Below, piece after piece: positions 31,775 to 41,068 of a stretch of DNA of 64,000 nucleotides (position 1 is the first letter of the stretch; every line of letters starts with the position of its first letter). The stretch spans positions 67,757 to 131,756 of the forward strand of contig JAYWMQ010000043.1 of the NCBI GenBank assembly GCA_035873375.1, given 5' to 3'. Position numbers and translations under genes: made by a program. The notes under the pieces are model-generated. The model worked only from the letters and a program-made list of their open reading frames with translations, had not been told where the DNA came from and searched no databases. The DNA is from Nitrospirota bacterium. Its GTDB lineage: Bacteria > Nitrospirota > Thermodesulfovibrionia > Thermodesulfovibrionales > JdFR-85.

Positions 31775-33055
31775 TCAGGCATTAAGCCTGTATTCATTCA
31801 GCTTGTTTCTCAATGTCCTGACGGTTATTCCCAGGCACTCTGCCGTCCTTGTCCTGTTTCCGTTGGTTGCCCTGAGTGTTCTGAGTATGAGTTCTTTTTC
31901 CATATTCTTGATGGTCTTGCTGTCCTGTCTGACGTTTCTGCTCTTTTCAATCATAAAGTCCCCGCTCTCTATAAAGTCTGAACGGCTGAGTAGCACTGCC
32001 CTCTGGATAACATTTTCCAGTTCCCGGATGTTTCCCTTCCAGGCCTGGGTATAAAGATAATTAAAGGCATCTTCCGAGAATCCCGAGATGTACTTTCCGT
32101 ATTGAGATGCATGTTTTTTCAGAAAGAATTCTGAAAGAATACGCACATCACCGGTCCGTTCTCTGAGGGGCGGCAGCTCAAGGGGAAAGACGCTTATCCT
32201 GTAGAAGAGATCTTCCCTGAAGTTTCCCTTTTCGACCTCTTCGGCAAGGTCCCTGTTTGTGGTTGTTATCACCCTGATGTTTACGGACAGGGATTTTTTG
32301 CTGCCAATCCTGTCTATCTCCCTTTCCTGCAGGACCCTCAGGAGCTTGGCCTGAAGCGGGAGCGGCATCTCGCCGATTTCATCAAGCAGGAATGTGCCTC
32401 CGTCTGCTATTTCAAATTTTCCAATCTTTTTCTCCAATGCACCTGTGAAGGCGCCTCTCTCATGACCAAAGAGTTCGGATTCAAGCAGGTTTTCGGGTAT
32501 TGCAGCGCAGTTAACGGCAACGAAGGGTTTTTCCCTCCTCAGGCTCTGCCTGTGTATATACCTTGCAATCAGCTCCTTGCCGGTGCCGCTCTCTCCGGTT
32601 ATGAGGATTGTGGTGTCTGTCCTCGCCACCTCGTAAGCAATCCTGAGGAGTCTCTTCATTGACTCATCTTCGGTAATGATCTCGCCATTTGCAGGCCCCG
32701 GCTCAATAAGGCCGGTTATTGCCTGCCTGAGGTTATCAAAAGAGAAGGGTTTCATAAGATAGTCGGAGGCTCCGAGTTTCATGCACTCAACTGCGTTTTC
32801 AACCGTACCAAACCCTGTGATTACAAGGACGGGCAGGGTGGTGGAAAGCTTTCGTACATGTCTGATGAATTCCAGACCATTCATTCCCGGCATCTTCATA
32901 TCCGTTATAACCAGAGAGCAATCATGGTTTTTAAGCACCTCTATTCCCTCAGCAGCCCTTTCTGCTACCATTACATCAAAACCGAACCTCTTTACGGCCT
33001 CTTCAAGGGCGTTTCTCATCTCCGGATCGTCATCAACAACGACAATGGGTTGCAT
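31775..33055 (-). CDS. Sigma-54-dependent response regulator (FleR/FlrC-like)
   Basis: 426 aa. REC (VVDDDPE, ITDMKMPG, KPF), AAA+ [24 protein letters not shown]-terminal Fis-type HTH. Confidence 0.88.
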   Translation of the reverse strand: MQPIVVVDDDPEMRNALEEAVKRFGFDVMVAERAAEGIEVLKNHDCSLVITDMKMPGMNGLEFIRHVRKLSTTLPVLVITGFGTVENAVECMKLGASDYLMKPFSFDNLRQAITGLIEPGPANGEIITEDESMKRLLRIAYEVARTDTTILITGESGTGKELIARYIHRQSLRREKPFVAVNCAAIPENLLESELFGHERGAFTGALEKKIGKFEIADGGTFLLDEIGEMPLPLQAKLLRVLQEREIDRIGSKKSLSVNIRVITTTNRDLAEEVEKGNFREDLFYRISVFPLELPPLRERTGDVRILSEFFLKKHASQYGKYISGFSEDAFNYLYTQAWKGNIRELENVIQRAVLLSRSDFIESGDFMIEKSRNVRQDSKTIKNMEKELILRTLRATNGNRTRTAECLGITVRTLRNKLNEYRLNA

Positions 33056-33067
33056 TATCGGCCTCCA

Positions 33068-34363
33068 TTAACAGGTTTGATGTTTTTGAGTTTTAAGTGT
33101 TTTGAGACGGGATGTGCTCTTTTTCCCGTCTGAATCCCCTGTCCCCTGCCCGCCGGAGTCTTTTTGTAAAAATTGCTCCGGAGACAGGCAGGCCGTACTG
33201 TCCGTCCTGTCTCCGGAGGCTTCGGGGAGGAGGTGCTTATGAGGAAAGCATAGAACGAATACACTGCCTGAACCAGGCAGGCTCTTTGCCCTTATTGTTC
33301 CACCATGGGCCTGCATTATCTTCAGGGATATGGAGAGGCCAAGCCCTGTGCCTTCGTCCCTGGTAGTGAAGAAGGGGTCAAATATCCTCTCTATATGTTC
33401 TGAGGTGATTCCATTGCCGGTGTCGGAGATGTTGAGGTGGAGCCCTTTGCTGTCCGTTTCAGTATATATGGTGAGTATGCCGCCTGCTCCCATTGCCTGG
33501 ACTGCATTAAGCAGGATATTGAGAATTACCTGTTTTACGAGTCCCGAATCTCCGTTTATCGAGGCGTTGGTGATTTGTTTTTCAACGACAATGCCCCGTG
33601 ATTCAATGACGGGCTTGATCAATGCAAGGGCATCGTCTGTTAGTGTCCTTATGTCGCAGGGTGTTGTCTTCGGATTCCGGGGCCGGGCAAAATAGAGCAT
33701 GTTTGAGAGGGAATTATTCAGGTTTCTTACGCCTGTTGAAACACCCATTGCAAGGGATGCATGCGGGGTATCGTCTAATTCCTTGTATAACATTGATGCG
33801 TAAAGTTCGATGCTACACAGCGGATTCCTCAATTCATGAACAATGCTGGCCATCATCTCTCCCATGGCAATGAGTCTCTTGTTCCTTTCCTTCTCTGCTT
33901 CAATCTCTTTTTGGGCGGTTATGTCCCTCAGTAGGATTACAAATCCTATCAACCCGTCTCCGCCGTTGAGCACATCAGAGAGACTTACAAAGAGGTTTTT
34001 CCTTCCCCCTTCTGTCTCTATCTCAATCTCCTGATTGTTCTGATCGATCCGGCTGAAGTTATAACCGTATTCCTCCGGCCTGTGACCTGTTGATGCAGAG
34101 AGGTCCATCATGAGGAGGTCTTCCGCGGCCCTGTTCATCATCAATATCTTTCCGTCACTGTCCAGTACAACTATTGCCTCCCTGATCCCCTGCAGGACGG
34201 AATTGAGAAAGCTGAGAGTCCTCTGAAGTTCTGCGTTTTTTCTTTGTACCTCCTCTGAGAGGTATGTCACCTGTTGCTGGAGATTTTGATAATATTCCCT
34301 CAGCGTTTCCGAGGCCAGGTTAAAGGTCATGAATGCTTCGTTCAGTTTTTTAAGCTCTTCCAT
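33068..34363 (-). CDS. Sensor histidine kinase (PAS-HisKA-HATPase), cytoplasmic
   Basis: 431 aa. H-box SIVHELRNPL; N/G boxes (NAVQAM, DTGNGI, GTGLGLS). A ~60 aa non-conserved C-terminal tail follows. Confidence 0.85.
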   Translation of the reverse strand: MEELKKLNEAFMTFNLASETLREYYQNLQQQVTYLSEEVQRKNAELQRTLSFLNSVLQGIREAIVVLDSDGKILMMNRAAEDLLMMDLSASTGHRPEEYGYNFSRIDQNNQEIEIETEGGRKNLFVSLSDVLNGGDGLIGFVILLRDITAQKEIEAEKERNKRLIAMGEMMASIVHELRNPLCSIELYASMLYKELDDTPHASLAMGVSTGVRNLNNSLSNMLYFARPRNPKTTPCDIRTLTDDALALIKPVIESRGIVVEKQITNASINGDSGLVKQVILNILLNAVQAMGAGGILTIYTETDSKGLHLNISDTGNGITSEHIERIFDPFFTTRDEGTGLGLSISLKIMQAHGGTIRAKSLPGSGSVFVLCFPHKHLLPEASGDRTDSTACLSPEQFLQKDSGGQGTGDSDGKKSTSRLKTLKTQKHQTC

Positions 34364-34364
34364 T

Positions 34365-36164
34365 TCACATCTCCAGGATATGTTTTTTTATTTTCTGCTC
34401 TTTTATCATCACCTTTGCCATAGAGCCATAAAGTCCCTTTTTTTCTGAGAGGCTCTGCATGAGGGTGGCGCTGCTGGTGATCCTGGCAAGCATAAACATT
34501 GCCCGCACATCATCCGGGTTAACCTTCAGGGCAAGGTTAAAGTATTTTGCGGCATTTTTTTTCATTCCTTTAGCTGCAAGTAATTCTCCTGTTTCCGTGT
34601 ATCTGAGAGGTTCCCCGGTTGCCCTGGACATAAATTTATAGTTTTTAATGAAACCCTTTACAGAAGGTGAGCCTTCCTTTACCCTCCAGAGGAGGTCAAT
34701 GTCGTCATTAACAGGTTGGGATATCCTTGTTATTTCGGAATAGGCAAGCTTTTTCTTTCCTTTGAGGTAATCGAGCCAGGCCCTTGCCCTGAGGATTTCA
34801 TCACCCTTGGGTTTCAGCATTTCAAGGCTCGTGACCAGATCTTCCACCCTTTCAACATCCGAAAGGCGGCTGAAGAAGATTGCGAGCTGACTCAGGGACT
34901 TTGCCCTTATTCTCTTGGAGCCATGTTTTATCAGGTATGTGTATACCCTGATAAAGTCACCACCTGAATTCCTGAGCGCCTCTGCAACGTTAAGAAGTGT
35001 ATCTTCTCTCGATGGTGCATAGAGCCATTGTCCACTGTTGTTCCATATTTTCCTGAAGGCCCTTGTATCGTTATCTATACTCTCATTTATCAGGATCTCA
35101 AGCTCATTCAGTGCCGCCTTCATGGGTTTTCTGCCAAACAGTATCTCTCGCAGGTATTTTTCTGCCTGAAGATAATCCTTCCTTTCCCGCATCAATCCGG
35201 CGAGGAGTAAAAGCGCCTCTTCCGACTCCGGAGTGTAGGGATAATCTCGCCGGAGGACCTTGAGGTATTCAATGGCACGGTTTTTCTGGTCTGTTGCTAT
35301 TGATGTCTTACCGAGATTCAGGAGGGCTTGTCTCCTTATTACCCTGTCAGGGGACTCAGATGCCTTTTTGAGGTACATCCCGGCAGATTCCATGTCGTTC
35401 CTCGTATATTCAATCAGTCCAAGCCCGAGGTATGCCCTCTCCCTGAGATAGGTATCCATCAGCAGGTAGAAGAGGGACTTTGCCTGTTCGGTCTTGCCGA
35501 TAATCCTGAGGTTTTCTGCGTAGTAGTAAAGGATGTCCGGATGCTTTTCGATGTAGTCCTTATAACTTATCAGACCGGTATTGTAGAGTTCATGGGCAGC
35601 GCTGAAGAGCCCAAGCCTCTGAAATACCTCTGCCTTGCCGAAGATCGCCTCTGGCGTATCACTCACCTTTCTGAAATAGGCAAGTGCCTCTACGTAATTG
35701 CCTGTCTTCTGGGAGGCCTGGGCATAATTGAGATATGCCCTTTGTATTAGTGTGGAATCAGGGTAGAGGTTTATAAAGAGTCTGAAATTGGAAGCAGCTT
35801 CATAATGGAATCCACTCATCAGGTATGCCACTCCCCGTTCAAAGAGTGCCTCTTCCTTAAGGGTCGTATCCTTTGCTGTTATGTAGGCCCTGTTCAGGTA
35901 CCCGATGGCCTTACGGTGCCTCTTTGCCCCCTCAAGTGCCCTTCCCTTGAGGTAGTAGTAGCGGGGGAGTTCCTTTTTAGAAGGCCTGTATTGGGAGAGT
36001 AGTCTCATGGCCTCATAGTTTCTCCCTTCATCAATTGCCTCAAAAGCCTTTTGTAAGGGTTCCGAGCCGTAAACCTCTGTGCAGGTGAGGGAGAGTGTCA
36101 GGACAACGCCTGCAACAACAACCCACTGAATAATATTTGTTGGGAATATGACGGTTAGCTTCAT
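34365..36164 (-). CDS. Secreted TPR-repeat protein
   Basis: 599 aa. N-terminal signal/TM, then many TPR-like units (AxxYLNxAxxxxxxGNYxEA). Its stop lies 1 nt from the kinase start. Confidence 0.7.
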   Translation of the reverse strand: MKLTVIFPTNIIQWVVVAGVVLTLSLTCTEVYGSEPLQKAFEAIDEGRNYEAMRLLSQYRPSKKELPRYYYLKGRALEGAKRHRKAIGYLNRAYITAKDTTLKEEALFERGVAYLMSGFHYEAASNFRLFINLYPDSTLIQRAYLNYAQASQKTGNYVEALAYFRKVSDTPEAIFGKAEVFQRLGLFSAAHELYNTGLISYKDYIEKHPDILYYYAENLRIIGKTEQAKSLFYLLMDTYLRERAYLGLGLIEYTRNDMESAGMYLKKASESPDRVIRRQALLNLGKTSIATDQKNRAIEYLKVLRRDYPYTPESEEALLLLAGLMRERKDYLQAEKYLREILFGRKPMKAALNELEILINESIDNDTRAFRKIWNNSGQWLYAPSREDTLLNVAEALRNSGGDFIRVYTYLIKHGSKRIRAKSLSQLAIFFSRLSDVERVEDLVTSLEMLKPKGDEILRARAWLDYLKGKKKLAYSEITRISQPVNDDIDLLWRVKEGSPSVKGFIKNYKFMSRATGEPLRYTETGELLAAKGMKKNAAKYFNLALKVNPDDVRAMFMLARITSSATLMQSLSEKKGLYGSMAKVMIKEQKIKKHILEM

Positions 36165-36178
36165 TAGTGGAGAGAAAT

Positions 36179-36194
36179 AGCAACTAATATGCCA
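36179..36194 (-). promoter_or_regulatory. Sigma-54 (-24/-12) promoter upstream of the TPR-kinase-regulator operon
   Basis: The minus strand reads TGGCATATTAGTTGCT with exact consensus spacing. Caveat: it lies only ~15 nt upstream of the annotated ATG 36164. Confidence 0.5.
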
Positions 36195-36248
36195 GAATGT
36201 AACTCTTTGAATATCAAGGAAAAAATAAAAGGCAGGGGGAAGTGGATG

Positions 36249-37658
36249 TTAGACTTTTGACGTTGTTGTGATTCCCTTTTTCTTCATCTTTTCAACAAGG
36301 GTTGTCCTGTTCAGGCCAAGGAGTGTGGCGGCCTTACTCTTTATCCCGTTGGATTTTTCCAGGGCCTCGGTTATGAGTTTTCTTTCGATGGTATCAATGA
36401 TGTTATTGAGGTTTATGCCTTCAGGTGGAAGGGATAAATCCTCAGTAGAATAAATAGAGGGTTTGGGCTTATCAGTAGCAGTAGCAAGGGTTTGAAACCT
36501 TTCCGGCAGGTCATTAATGGTAATGCGCTGCCCGGGGTTGAGTATCGTAAGTCGTTCAATCAGGTTTGCCAGTTCACGGACATTCCCGGGCCATCCGTAT
36601 CTAAGAAGGACATCCATTAACTGTTTTGATATCTCAGGGGATTGCCTCTTCTTTGCTTTTGCATGTTTTTCAAGGAAGTGTTCGATTAAGACCGGTATGT
36701 CTTCTTTCCTGTCCTTCAACGGGGGAATGTGAACGGGTATTACGTTTAATCTGTAATAGAGGTCCTCCCTGAACCTGCCCTCTCTTGTGCGTTCTTCAAG
36801 GTTCCTGTTAGTGGCTGCCAAAATCCTCACGTCGACCTTTATTGTCTTTGTGCTCCCGATTCTTTCAAATTCCCTCTCCTGAAGTACCCGTAACAACTTG
36901 ACCTGCAACGAGGGGTCGAGTTCACCAATCTCATCAAGAAAGAGCGTGCCTCCGCTTGCAAGTTCAAACCTTCCGATGCGCGTGTTTATGGCGCCGGTGA
37001 ATGCCCCCTTTTCATGTCCGAAGAGCTCTGACTCCAGGAGGTCTTTTGGTATGGCTGCACAATTGAGGGGAACAAAATTCTTGCCGGAGCGGTAACTGTT
37101 GTAATGGATTACCTTTGCAATAAGCTCTTTTCCTGTACCGCTCCCACCTGTAATGAGGACAGTGCTGTCCGTATCAGCTATCTTCTCTATCAGGTCATAA
37201 ACCCGCTGCATCTCTGGTGATGAGCCTATAAGACCGTGAAATTCGTAACGCTTCCTGAGTTCTCTCTTGAGCCGGATATTCTCTTTCTTGAGTTTTGCCA
37301 CCTCGAGTGCTTTTTTGATGATGATTCCCAGTTCATCGAGTCTGAAGGGTTTTGTGACGTAATCGAATGCCCCTGCCCTCATGGCTTCAACGGCGTTTTT
37401 TACTGTTCCGTAGGCAGTAATAATGATGCAAGGGGTGTCGGAGTTCGGGGTGTCTTTCATTGCCTTCAGGACATCCATTCCCCCCATTACAGGCATGGAG
37501 AGGTCAAGGAAGATAAGATCAAAGCTCTCTTTCCTTAATCTTTCAAGTCCGTCCAGGCCGTTTTCTTCCAGGGCAACACTGTATTTTTCCGAAATTAAGT
37601 ATTCGTTAAGGACATCTCTTACAGTAATATCGTCTTCTATTACAAGAATACTCTGCAT
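36249..37658 (-). CDS. Sigma-54-dependent response regulator (NtrC/FleQ class)
   Basis: 469 aa. REC (FLDLSMP, KPF), [24 protein letters not shown]-terminal HTH ([18 protein letters not shown]). Confidence 0.9.
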   Translation of the reverse strand: MQSILVIEDDITVRDVLNEYLISEKYSVALEENGLDGLERLRKESFDLIFLDLSMPVMGGMDVLKAMKDTPNSDTPCIIITAYGTVKNAVEAMRAGAFDYVTKPFRLDELGIIIKKALEVAKLKKENIRLKRELRKRYEFHGLIGSSPEMQRVYDLIEKIADTDSTVLITGGSGTGKELIAKVIHYNSYRSGKNFVPLNCAAIPKDLLESELFGHEKGAFTGAINTRIGRFELASGGTLFLDEIGELDPSLQVKLLRVLQEREFERIGSTKTIKVDVRILAATNRNLEERTREGRFREDLYYRLNVIPVHIPPLKDRKEDIPVLIEHFLEKHAKAKKRQSPEISKQLMDVLLRYGWPGNVRELANLIERLTILNPGQRITINDLPERFQTLATATDKPKPSIYSTEDLSLPPEGINLNNIIDTIERKLITEALEKSNGIKSKAATLLGLNRTTLVEKMKKKGITTTSKV

Positions 37659-37812
37659 GATACAGTTAATTTACAGTATATAGACACAAGGTGTCAACAG
37701 ATTGACTACGTTGGACATGGAATTTGTTGTCATGAAGGCTATTATCTGGTATGCTTTATTTATAGTCTGTGTATAAAGTCAATAAGGGGCTCAAGCCCCA
37801 AAGGAGGAGACC

Positions 37813-38043
37813 ATGGCAAGGGTATACATGCTTGCAAATGTCCTTCCCGGCAAGGACAGGGACATTCGGGATACCTTAAGGGGTATCAACGGAGTGGTGA
37901 ACGCAGATGTTATTACAGGACAGTTTGATCTTGTTGCGGTCCTTGAGGCCAATGATATTAATGAGATATTCACGAGAATCCTGAAGAAGGTAAGGAAGAT
38001 CAGGGGCATAACAAGGACGGAAACATTTATAGCGGTTGAGTGA
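37813..38043 (+). CDS. Stand-alone Lrp/AsnC-type ligand-binding (RAM) domain protein
   Basis: 76 aa. ARVYMLANVLPGKDRDIRDTLRGINGVVNADVITGQFDLVAVLEA: ACT/RAM-like fold pattern with no HTH. GGAGG upstream. Confidence 0.7.
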   Translation: MARVYMLANVLPGKDRDIRDTLRGINGVVNADVITGQFDLVAVLEANDINEIFTRILKKVRKIRGITRTETFIAVE

Positions 38044-38078
38044 AATAGCCCCGGTTATTGCCGGAGGGGACATAGCGT

Positions 38079-38486
38079 TTGGAGATCGAAGACAGGAGGG
38101 CAGGACAGATACTTGATGTCATAAGGGCCCTCTATGAGGTGAATAAGTTTGTCCCCATCATTGTCGAGGGTAAAAGGGACCGCAGGGCCCTGAGGAGCCT
38201 CGGTATAACCGGAGAGGTCATCCTTCTTCATGGTGGAAAGACAATTTATGAATTCTGCGAAGATATTCTGAAGCTCCACGAGAGGTTTATCCTGCTCCTT
38301 GACTGGGATGAAAGGGGAGAGGCACTCCAGAAGAGCCTTTCCTCTCATCTGAAAGGACATTATGAGGAGTTTTCCCTCTTAAGGAACAGGCTGAGATCGC
38401 TGTGTCAGTCGGATATCAAGGAGATAGAGGACCTGCCTGCCCTGTTGAGGAGGCTGATGGGGAAGACGGGAGAGAGTCCTATATAG
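38079..38486 (+). CDS. Small Toprim-domain protein
   Basis: 135 aa (TTG start per track). PIIVEGKRDRRALRSLGI ... ILLLDWDERGE matches the Toprim E...DxD pattern. Confidence 0.6.
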   Translation: MEIEDRRAGQILDVIRALYEVNKFVPIIVEGKRDRRALRSLGITGEVILLHGGKTIYEFCEDILKLHERFILLLDWDERGEALQKSLSSHLKGHYEEFSLLRNRLRSLCQSDIKEIEDLPALLRRLMGKTGESPI

Positions 38487-38557
38487 AGGTAAGGATCGCT
38501 CAAAATTAAGTATAATAGAGTAAGTAAACTCATTGGAGATAACTCTGGAGATTAAAG

Positions 38558-38851
38558 ATGAAGAGCCTTGAAGAAATAAAAAAAATTCTTGAGCAACACA
38601 AGTCAATCATTGAAAAACAATTTAAAGTTAGAGAAATTGCCATCTTCGGTTCTTTTGTCAGAGAGGAGCAGAAAGAGATTAGCGATATTGATATACTCGT
38701 TGCGTTTTATGAACCTGTTGGTTTCTTCACATTCCTGGAGCTTGAAGAATATCTGACGGAGATACTCGGAATAAAGGTAGACCTTGTATCAAAAAGGGCT
38801 TTAAAACCCGGAATAGGTAAATATATTCTGCAAGAGATGATACAGGTTTGA
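38558..38851 (+). CDS. mntA: Nucleotidyltransferase antitoxin MntA (type VII TA)
   Basis: 97 aa. FGSFVREEQKEISDIDILV (GSxxR...DxD NTase motif). Overlaps the next gene by 4 nt. Confidence 0.85.
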   Translation: MKSLEEIKKILEQHKSIIEKQFKVREIAIFGSFVREEQKEISDIDILVAFYEPVGFFTFLELEEYLTEILGIKVDLVSKRALKPGIGKYILQEMIQV

Positions 38852-39192
38852 CCGGAAAAGACTACAGAGATTATCTTCAGGACATTCTTGATTCTATTAT
38901 TGAGACTGATGACTTTGTCAGGGGCATGTCATTTGAAAACTTCCTTCTTGACAAGAAAACAGTAAATGCGGTTATAAGAAGCCTTGAGGTCATTGGAGAA
39001 GCATCCAAGAACATTCCTCAGTCTTTGCGAGACCAGCATCCCGATGTTCCGTGGAAGAAAATGGCAGGAATGCGAGATAAGTTTATCCACGAATATTTTG
39101 GAGTTGATTTGGAAGTTTTATGGCAAACGATAAAACAGGATATTCCCCCTGTCAAACCTTTGATTGAAAAAGCCATTAAAGAACTTGAATAA
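38848..39192 (+). CDS. hepT: HEPN/DUF86 toxin HepT
   Basis: 114 aa. MRDKFIHEYFGVDLEVLW contains the Rx4H HEPN motif. Confidence 0.85.
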   Translation: MTGKDYRDYLQDILDSIIETDDFVRGMSFENFLLDKKTVNAVIRSLEVIGEASKNIPQSLRDQHPDVPWKKMAGMRDKFIHEYFGVDLEVLWQTIKQDIPPVKPLIEKAIKELE

Positions 39193-39284
39193 ATCCTGAC
39201 GGGATGCACTGCACTGTACATGATAAGACAATCTGAATACGAACGACAGGGTGGTCAGACTTGACTATCGGTCCTGATGTGATC

Positions 39285-39342
39285 AAGGTGTGCAACTTTA
39301 TTTTCCTGCATGTCAATAGTTTTGCATAGTATGCAACAACGT
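39285..39342 (-). repeat. Copy E3 of an island-specific repeat (core GTTGTTGCA-N5-TGCAAAA...TTGAC)
   Basis: The reverse complement reads cgttgttgcatactatgcaaaactattgacatgcaggaaaataaagttgca, about 80% identical to the + copies at 42066 and 43031. Confidence 0.7.
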
Positions 39343-39466
39343 TTCCGAAGCTTCAAGAAAAATCTATTGTCTCCGCCTGCCTGTTGACTTTTATGGTTTG
39401 ACGTTTTTTTATGGTGATTTTGGTATTATACAGAAAACTGTATACTAACTGGTTATCCAAAAAAAT

Positions 39467-40312
39467 ATGGCGTTATTTGCACTTGATCATAATGGAGATA
39501 GAATTCGAGCCTCTCAAGTAGAAAATAGGAATCTCAACTTTTCGTGTGAAGATTGTGGGAATCCCTTAAGCTTTGTAGATGCTCAATTAAAAGTCAAACA
39601 TTTCAGACATCAGGTGGCTTCTGATTGTGGTGATGAGCCAGAGACCGAAGAACATGAATATTATAAAGATTTAGTTGCTATAAAATTGGAAGAACTAAAA
39701 TTAGGACAAGTATGTCCGGAGTATCTTTTAGGATGCAAACGTGCTGACATATATTTGAAACGCGAAAATAAGCGTGATATAGCTTTTGAAGTACAGGCAA
39801 CAAATTATAGCTTTGCAAAATATGAACAAAAGATTAATTGCTATTCCGCTAGAAGACTTTTAACTGTTTATATATTTATCGGGGATGACTTCTTAAATGA
39901 AGTAAAAAAGAATATCTTCTCATTAAAAGAAATAGAAAAAAAGATATTTCACAACAAGTCATACCGTGATTCTGTTATTGGGTGTTACCTTGATGGAGAG
40001 AATGTAACTCTCCCATCATTTAAACAAAAACATGCAAAAGGAAGCTCTGGATATTGCAGTGATCGATTTATTTTTGACTATAAGAATTTAAAGAAGATGA
40101 CTCTTGATGATTATCTTATTAACGTGCAGGAACATAAGGTTAAAGATGAACATCCATATATATGCGGACATCCAGAATATATAGTTAAAAAATCTGACAA
40201 GAAAATTGAACGATACGGTTGGTTTTGTTCGTGTTGTGGAAAATTCGACAAGTGGCTTTCTAATAAGCAGGCATTATCAATGGGACTTAAATTTAACACA
40301 ATCAATGGCTAA
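39467..40312 (+). CDS. CoiA-like nuclease-fold protein (zinc ribbon plus PD-(D/E)xK-like core)
   Basis: 281 aa. FSCEDCGNPL...KHFRHQVASDCG (CxxC...HFxH...C), EEHEYYK, KRADIYL, AFEVQAT. This is the same motif order as competence protein CoiA. An extra C-terminal CxxC is present (WFCSCCG). Confidence 0.55.
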   Translation: MALFALDHNGDRIRASQVENRNLNFSCEDCGNPLSFVDAQLKVKHFRHQVASDCGDEPETEEHEYYKDLVAIKLEELKLGQVCPEYLLGCKRADIYLKRENKRDIAFEVQATNYSFAKYEQKINCYSARRLLTVYIFIGDDFLNEVKKNIFSLKEIEKKIFHNKSYRDSVIGCYLDGENVTLPSFKQKHAKGSSGYCSDRFIFDYKNLKKMTLDDYLINVQEHKVKDEHPYICGHPEYIVKKSDKKIERYGWFCSCCGKFDKWLSNKQALSMGLKFNTING

Positions 40313-40439
40313 CAACAAAGTGGACTTGAACGAGTACCACAGGACGTTTTTTTAGATAGCTATATTTTAAGACATGCAAATCAGTTTTAGGCATGTTAAT
40401 AAGATTCAGTGGTACTCGTCAGTCACTCAGGCGTTATAC
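40307..40439 (+). repeat. attC-like imperfect palindrome, site 1 (133 bp)
   Basis: The left end GGCTAAC contains the TAA stop and the right end is GTTATAC. Arm agtgGactTgaAcgagtaccac pairs with gtggtactcgtcagtcact, with the unpaired bases on the left arm. The centre is unrelated to site 7 while the ends are conserved. Confidence 0.55.
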
Positions 40440-40450
40440 GCATAAAAAAC

Positions 40451-40972
40451 ATGTGCAACCAACATAGATTAATCACAAATTTAGAAAGAACAGAAATTTC
40501 AGATGCATATTTCGCAATCTTTGGACGGGCACTTACTATTGCCACACGCTTTGATACAGGATGTCGTACCTTGGGAATACTGGTTGGGATAAAGAACGCC
40601 CCTGAGATTCTTGAATCGGAAAAGGTTCTAAAAAAATTTGCTAATAGAATCACCAAGCAAAAATTATGGGATCACATTAACAATTTAACAACAAAGGGTG
40701 CAGAGCCTTGGGATACTCTAAACAAAGCACGAATAGCCAGAAATGAAGTTGCACATGAGATTACACTTGGAATAGATGGACAAATAGACGCTATAACAGA
40801 GAAAATATTAAAAGAAAGAATTGATCGTCTCTACAATCTTTGCCTCTTATTAGCGGAAGGCGATATCTTGGTTGAGGGACTTGCTTCGGAATTAACCGAT
40901 GAAGAGTTGCCAACTATCGATTTTCTGAAAAAATACCCAGAACGTATCGCTAAATGGGTTACTGAAATATAA
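40451..40972 (+). CDS. Hypothetical protein with a HEPN-like Rx4H motif
   Basis: 174 aa from ATG 40451, 12 nt after the GTTATAC core. The track start GTG 40409 lies inside the palindrome. All-helical, with KARIARNEVAHEITLG (R-x4-H). Confidence 0.4.
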   Translation: MCNQHRLITNLERTEISDAYFAIFGRALTIATRFDTGCRTLGILVGIKNAPEILESEKVLKKFANRITKQKLWDHINNLTTKGAEPWDTLNKARIARNEVAHEITLGIDGQIDAITEKILKERIDRLYNLCLLLAEGDILVEGLASELTDEELPTIDFLKKYPERIAKWVTEI

Positions 40973-40980
40973 AAAAAGAC

Positions 40981-41043
40981 GTATAACCATGCTGCTGCAA
41001 GAAACCGCTGAAACTGTGCGGCCTCTGAGCAGCGCTGTTCGAA
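40981..41043 (+). repeat. attC-like imperfect palindrome, site 2 (63 bp)
   Basis: GTATAAC-catGCTGCTgCAaGAaaCCGC-tgaaactgt-GCGGccTCTGAGCAGCgct-GTTCGAA. There are two unpaired bases on the left arm. The left core is the exact complement of the GTTATAC cores of sites 1 and 3. Confidence 0.6.
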
Positions 41044-41068
41044 TTGCAACGAATTTTTATGAATATTT

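Noticed and set aside
33055-33366. Small ORFs overlapping the 3' tail of the histidine kinase gene
   Set aside because: They overlap a longer ORF with clear kinase motifs and have no RBS. The kinase's non-conserved C-terminal tail probably explains the open alternative frames.
39427-39444. TATACAG-AAAA-CTGTATA considered as a LexA (SOS) box
   Set aside because: The half-site orientation and spacing (ACAG-N4-CTGT) are the inverse of the CTGT-N8-ACAG box. It is kept only as a generic candidate operator.
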